Positions 57,237 through 64,000 of a stretch of 64,000 nt of DNA are shown one piece after another; positions within the stretch are counted from its first letter, which is position 1, and each line of letters begins with the position of its first letter. The stretch is from Octopus vulgaris (taxonomy: Eukaryota), in the NCBI GenBank assembly GCA_951406725.2, contig OX597835.1, positions 19,220,001 to 19,284,000 of the forward strand, given 5' to 3'. The notes under the pieces were generated by a model, which saw only the letters and a program-made list of their open reading frames with translations, searched no databases and was not told the DNA's origin. The position numbers were made by a program, and so were the translations under genes.

Positions 57237-57400
57237 AGGGAGAGTTTACGAAAACAACAAAAGACGAAGACAGGTGGTGTACAAAACAAACAGATTAGTA
57301 TAACGCTCAGGAATTGAAAAAGTCTACAGAAAGGGACACAGAAAAAACAAGGAGAGAAACAAGGAGAGAAAAAATGTGTGTAGTGTCTACCGATCTATCA
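57237..57400 (-). mobile_element. Family-E repeat with ribozyme segment deleted
   Basis: Reverse complement of about 45775-45920 but lacking most of the hammerhead at about 57325. Confidence 0.75.
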
Positions 57401-57424
57401 TGGCGTCTGTATATATATATGTTA

Positions 57425-57495
<71 letters not shown>

Positions 57496-57559
57496 TGTAT
57501 ATATATATACATGTGTGTATTTATGTTTGTGTACACGCACAGTCGGATCGGGCACCAAT

Positions 57560-57830
57560 AAAGGAGACTCCATCTGATGTGATGCAGCATGGCTTTTTTG
57601 ATATTGAGAAAGTCTCCTCTCCCTTCTCTCTCGAGACTCTACTTGACGTGCTGCACTACGCGTCTGTTGATCTTTGGAAAGTACCATGTCCCTTCTGTAT
57701 TGATGTGCTGCATCATGCCTTTTCTGATGTCGAGAATGTCTCACGTCCCTTATCTCGCCTTCACTTTTCTGCACTCTACCCTTGCTTTACTGGTGTTGCT
57801 GGGGAGATGAGAATTTTTCTTTGCTAGCAT
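57560..57830 (-). pseudogene. Probable Helitron RepHel N-terminal fragment
   Basis: [17 protein letters not shown], then after a frameshift ...[31 protein letters not shown]; resembles the charged ES-x-E-x-R-x-x-RL repeats of animal Helitron proteins. Confidence 0.55.
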
Positions 57831-58147
57831 ATTCTTATCAATATTTGAAGCAAAAAATTATGAACATAGAACAAATATTCATAAATGTCTATTTTTAAGC
57901 AGTTCTATATATGTTTCTAGTATGACTATATTTTTGTATACAGTGTAAATTAACCAAATTAAGCAAAGTGTAAATATCTTGCATTCTTGCAACTCCTGCG
58001 ATAATTATAAACTATTAATTAAACGGTAAATGTGTATTTTTACATAAGGTGTATCTTCCACGAAATTACGCTTTGACAAGAGTTTCACCTGCAGCAGTTC
58101 TCGTCACATATATATATGTATGTATAGATGTGTGTGTTTAATAACGT

Positions 58148-58178
<31 letters not shown>

Positions 58179-58782
58179 TCCACATTCATATACAAAATGT
58201 GACGATACACACACATACACACTCGTATACAATCACATACATATAGTAAGAGAGACATATACAGGCATACATGCACGCATGTCAATCGTCACATGCGTAT
58301 ATGTACGTGCAGATTTGTGTGTATGTTTAATAGCGTACCTAACGCGGACACAGACCCACAGTTAGATAGTCATACACTCGCATACACTCACACACATACA
58401 CTTAGACACACACACACATACACATTCATATATGTGACGTTGTAGTCGTCGTTGTATAAAATATCCTTTACTATCTCGTACGTATCGAACGCACAAGCAC
58501 ACACACAGACACATACAGACTCATATAAAATATCTTGTACTATAGTTGACTATAGAAAATCTTTGTGTATGAAATGTTATATTGTTTTAATCGAAATGTT
58601 AAAAATAATGGCATGTTGACAATTAGAATTTGAGGAAAATGCTGCTGTTCGAAAAAGGTAGACGAACATCTGTGAAACTAGAACCAGAAAACATGTCAAA
58701 TCAAGGATTGTGTTCCTACATGACTTAAGGAAACGTAAGGAGAAAGCAGCCTCCTTTGAATATGTTTTGTGTGCCCGAAAAG

Positions 58783-59136
58783 TGGCGAGATGGAAGAAAC
58801 GTTAACACACCGGGCGAAATGATTAGCGGTATTTCGTCTGCCTTTCCTCCTTGCGGGGTCTATTAAATAAGTACCAGTTACGCAGAGGTCGATATAATCG
58901 ACTTAATCCGTTTGTCTGTCCTTGTTTGTACCCTCTGTGTTCAGCTCCTTGTGGGTAGTAAATAAATAGGTATTTCGTTTGTCTTTACGTTCTTATTTCA
59001 AATTCCGCCGAGATCAATTTTGCCTTTCATCCTTTCGGGTTCGTTAGATTAAGAACCAGTTGCGTATTAGGGTCGATCTAATCGACTGGCCTCCTCCCCC
59101 ATAAATGCGGCCCTTTTGTCTAGAGTAGAAAAGAAT
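58783..59136 (+). mobile_element. SINE family C dimer with mixed tails
   Basis: Head, internally deleted unit with the aaataaatag tail, then second unit with the cctccccc tail. Confidence 0.82.
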
Positions 59137-60311
59137 ATTTTGTATGCGGAGGAATATTTTGCATGGTTTGCGAAAATCTAAGTTGTTGTATCGTCTCACA
59201 GAAGGCACAAACAATAACGTGCAGAGCAGTGTAAAAGAAAGTAAAATCCTTTGGACTTCATGCGGAAGTTAGAGATGTATGCAGGAAGACATGTATGTGG
59301 AAATCAGAGGGAGAAATTGGAAGTCAGTGATATGCGCATGCGTATCAGTGAACTTGTAGAGATGTAGTAACGTAAGTGCATGCATAAACAATTTATATTT
59401 GACGGTGCTTTCATGTTTTCTTATTGTGGTACCAGCCGTGAATTATTTCCTCAGTATTTTCAGATTTTATGCATTAATCATAGGTTTACTAATACATTTT
59501 TTTACTGACAAAACTGCATACTGACATGTAGTTATCACTGGTCAATTGCTGAAGAGATAAATTACTTTATTTTGGGACTAAATGTCACGGAATGCGCGAT
59601 AGGATAGAAGATAACTTATGCGCTTATGGAAGAGAAAAAGGAAAAAAGAACAATAAAAATAGATTTTTTTTATAGCTTCTTTAACATCCAGTCTTACATT
59701 TATGTATAGATGTACACACAAACACATATAAACACTCAATTATACGCATACCTATTAATGAATATATGCATATATCTATATATTGATGCCTCTCTCGCTC
59801 TACGAATAGATATTTATATGTTTGCGTACATATTCATATGTACAAGCACACACGAATGTATTTATATATTATAAATGCTTATGGAGATGTATTTACACTC
59901 ACAACACACACACACACACACATACACACACACACACTCGCATATATTTATCTATGTATGTATTTATCTATGTATTTTTGTATGTCTGTGTGTGTGTGTA
60001 AGTATTTATATATGTATGCATATCTGTATTATACAGTTTGTACATCAATGCTTGTGATATTTCTATAAAGCATGTAATTAATGATGGTCACTGTAATATA
60101 TTTAGCAATAGTTACACATTAAGTTTTACAAACAAAATAGTTTTAGCAGGAAATTGCGGTGTTCACTGCATCTGTTCAGTGGCATTCATGAAATATCTTA
60201 AAGAATATGAATGAACCAAAACGTTAGAGGTATTACAGAATTTTTCTTGTAAATATATACAAATGCATGTGTGTGTATGTTCTTTTGTTTCTCTCTCTCT
60301 CTCTGTTTCAC

Positions 60312-60348
<37 letters not shown>

Positions 60349-60939
60349 GTATCTACTCGTGAAGACATAATATACCTACCTATTATGCGTCTGTAGATAT
60401 ATGTATGTATAATATGAAGTCTCTTGGAATGGATCCAACATTGCGGAGTAAAGTGATTTTGAAGAAACCAAGATGATCCATGCAAAACTCAATAGAAATT
60501 TAAATGGTGTGTCATAAACTGTTCACAGTTTATGACACACTATGCTTTTTTGTTTTGCTGTGCTTAAATCTCATTTGTGGCCCCACTAAATGCTCTGCCT
60601 ATCTATCAGAGTATATCTGTCAATGCTGCGTATACCATAATGTCTGCGTATACCATAATGTCTCACGAAGATCAGAACTTAACTGTAGATCTATGTTGTC
60701 CAAAGCAGATATTCAGTTTATGTGGGTATATTTGCAAGACATTTTCTGATTTTAAAAAAAGAAACCTTCATCAGTCGCCATGATAGATATAAAGTATCTA
60801 TCACCCTGTATAAGCAGACAAAGACACATATTCATATTTCGACAGGTAAACTGTCAGAATTTTATATTTTTTATTTCGTGCATGCGTATTTGTTGCTTTT
60901 GATTTAGGTGACTATACAAGTATAATAGAGTCAGCTGAG

Positions 60940-62030
60940 CACCTTCTGTGAGAAAATAGCATCACGAATCAATTCACTCTGTCAGAAATGTGGAAACTAC
61001 ATGCTGTACTGTTTTGCATTCGCACCAGAAGAGCTTCAATAATAGGAACATTTCATAGTGTTTGCGTGTCAACCTGAGGAGAGTGCAGAAGAATCCGAAT
61101 GAGTTGGGTGAGGATAACGGTGATAAGAAAAGAACTTCTGAATTTGTTGGTGAGATTCAGGTCATAATTGACAACGATCCCTCTAATCAATGAAGACCAA
61201 CGCCATGGACATGGGAGTGTCTGACTTTCTTATCAGGCAGGTAGTGCATGAAGACTTTCAGTATTCCTCATACAGGAAGAGAAAGAGCCAATTTTTATCC
61301 CAAGCCATCAAAAACAAGAGAAAAACCACCCTACGAAGCTTTTGAACGAGCTCAAACATTCTCCCCAACAGAACATACTTTGGTTTTTCTCAGACGAGAA
61401 AACTCCTACCAGGATCAGACAGTGAATACACATAATACTTGTTAACTTGCCATGTCCCCAAAGCATGTACTGAGAGTGATAAAAATCAAACATCCAACAT
61501 CATGGTACTTGGAGTGATCACTTGCAATGGCGACGTTATGCCGCCACTCATCGTCCAACATTGCCACACACACAACACGGAGGCCTACATGAAGTGCTTA
61601 GAGGAAGTAGAGCTGCTCGTGGTCAAGAAGGTGGCAGCTAGAAGACCCTATGTCTGAAAACAGGACTCTGCACTATGTCACAGAAGCAGGAGAACCCAAT
61701 GGCTATCAGACAATTTCTGCAACTATATCACCAGTAACTTCTGGCCACCTAAATCCCCACACTGCAAACCCCTTTATTATGCGTGGATCGCAGTTGAGCG
61801 AGAGACCAACAAAACTCCTCGTAACACCAAAGATGAACTGAAGGTAAGGATTATGGCCCCATTCACCAACTTAAACAAGGAGACCGTCGAGAAAAGTTGC
61901 AGAAGATAGCGAATTCGCAGGAGGTCAATGGCGATTTTATTGAATAAATTTACTCTTTAGTAATTCAAGATATTTTTTATGTAATTTCGCTTTTGCGTAA
62001 TTTAGATGACAGTTTATTCAGCGCACCCAG
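60940..62030 (+). pseudogene. Decayed Tc1/mariner-superfamily transposon, DD37D (maT)-like
   Basis: WFFSDEK (D at 61393), IMVLGVITCNGDVMPP, RPYV*KQDSALCH (D at 61664), WPPKSPHCKPLYY (third D position is Y, 36 residues between); right end GCGCACCCAG|TA; left TIR not found. Confidence 0.88.
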
Positions 62031-62245
62031 TATATGTACATGTGAGTGTGTGTGTGTGTGTGTGTGTGTGCGTGTCTGTGTAGACATATATATGCACATA
62101 TATATATATACATAATTAAGTATGTACATATATGTGTGGAGGGAGACAGAAAAAGAGGGAGAGAGAGTGTGTGACAGACAAAGAGACAAAATGATATATA
62201 GATAATGAATAGTTATGTGCGTGTGAGCGTGTGTTCATGTACATC

Positions 62246-62430
<185 letters not shown>

Positions 62431-63276
62431 GTGTGTGTGTGTAAATATACATTAGTCAATTCGCTCCTAGCTGAGCTAGAACAATTTATTTAATGTTTTT
62501 GAATCTGTTTTTGGTATTTATTGCAAGTACTTTCATCCTTTTACTACCAACATCTGTGAGTGCTATGACAAGATTCAGAAGATATATTTCTATTATTCTG
62601 TGTAAACAATCTCTTTTCATAGCACCACACGATGTTAGCTATTGTCAGATTCCAGATGATATATTGAAATTATCAACAAGCAGTATAGCTGAGGAAGTGC
62701 CAGAAATAAGTTAAGGGAAATTTGAGAAGAATAAAAAAAATAATAATAATTCCAGTCTTTTGTGGCAGGAAAAATAATTGTTTTTCGATGCATATCTTAT
62801 GATTTACGTAAAGTCTTCTTACTGACACGAAATGTAAGAAATCAAGCTAATTTACGTAACGTTCTTTCAGAAGTCTAAACAATTATTTACCGACGACTGT
62901 ACTACAAATTATGGTAGGAATTCTTGAAACCCTTTTACAAGGCCTCGGGAAAAGAATTATTCGATTTTATTTCAAGAATGGTATACCTTCTTTAAAATGT
63001 CTGTATTTGAACTGCAATTTCTCTGAGTCAAGTTATCCGCAAAATCTGCCATCTTGGTTGATCCGGTTTGAAATACATAGATTTTGAATCTTTCGTTCTT
63101 TTTTCCTTTGGTTTCGTTCTGACCGTATGATTAAAGATTCTGTAGCTCTAACATGTCCACGTTTGTAATTTTTAGTCTTCTAAGTTTTGTTGCTAAATGA
63201 CTTATGTCCTAATTTGTTGAAGCCGTCTTCCTGTCTGATTATATTATTATGATATAAAAAAAAAAACATTTTCTAT

Positions 63277-63438
63277 GCAGGTGCGGGTGTGTGGTAAGGA
63301 AGTTTCTTCAAAACCACGTGACTTTGAGTTGAGTCCTACTACGCGACAGATTGGATAGGTGTCTTCTACCACAGCATCGGGCCGACCAAAGTATTATGCG
63401 TGCATCTCGTATACGGAAACTGAAAGAAGCCCATCGTG

Positions 63439-63471
<33 letters not shown>

Positions 63472-63730
63472 TTGTTGTGTGTGTGTGTGTGTGAGCGTGA
63501 GTCTCTGTGTGTATTTGTGTATCTGAGCGCCTTTCTGTTTCTGTTTGTCCCCACTATTACTTGGTCGCCGGTTTTGGTGTGCTTACGGACCCGTACCTAA
63601 GCGATTTGCCAAAATAGAACGACAGAATAAGTACCGGAATTTAACAGGAAAAAAATGGTCCTGGGGTTGACTCATTCTGCTAAACATCGAAGTGGGGCCA
63701 AATCATGGCCGCTCTCTAATGACTGAATCA
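63277..63730 (+). mobile_element. Diverged SINE family A
   Basis: gggtgtgtggtaag...tcgggccgaccaaag...ggaaactgaaagaagccc...catggccgc...tgactgaa. Confidence 0.8.
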
Positions 63731-64000
63731 AACAATCACTAGAAAGCTCTATCGTATTTTAGACGGTTGTCAGTTATTTACGACATATCGATGGAATTTA
63801 CGTATTATTTTCTCGGACAGAATGAATGCAAAAGTATAGCACTTTCTCTGTCCATGCCAATCACAATCGACGTGGCAGTACCTTGATTCTGTTTGAATAA
63901 ATAGCAGTGATACAATGAGGTCAATACAAACAAACTCTCCTCGCCACGATTAAAATATCGTTCAGAACTTGCGACAGAGAAAAACAACATATTTCCCATC

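Overview
AT-rich eukaryotic DNA, apparently intronic or intergenic, with no intact host gene. The tRNA-derived SINE families and very dense (TA)n/(CA)n/(TAGA)n/(TAA)n microsatellites suggest an Octopus (coleoid cephalopod) genome; this is inference from pattern. Almost all listed ORFs are microsatellite translation artefacts. The window contains: three abundant SINE families (my labels A, B, C) with swapped modules and several clean TSDs; decayed fragments of R4/Dong, RTE and L1/Tx1 LINEs; mariner and maT-like transposase relics; non-autonomous Helitrons and a RepHel N-terminal relic. The most interesting signal is a set of short non-coding repeats, mostly embedded in (TA)n, that carry minimal type I hammerhead ribozyme motifs (about 10 copies in about 4 families, Penelope-like/retrozyme style). 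Several fold-back palindromes abut the same (TA)n tracts. One strong 48-nt candidate exon hints that the window lies inside a very large gene. Coordinates were read by eye, so element ends may be off by a few bases.
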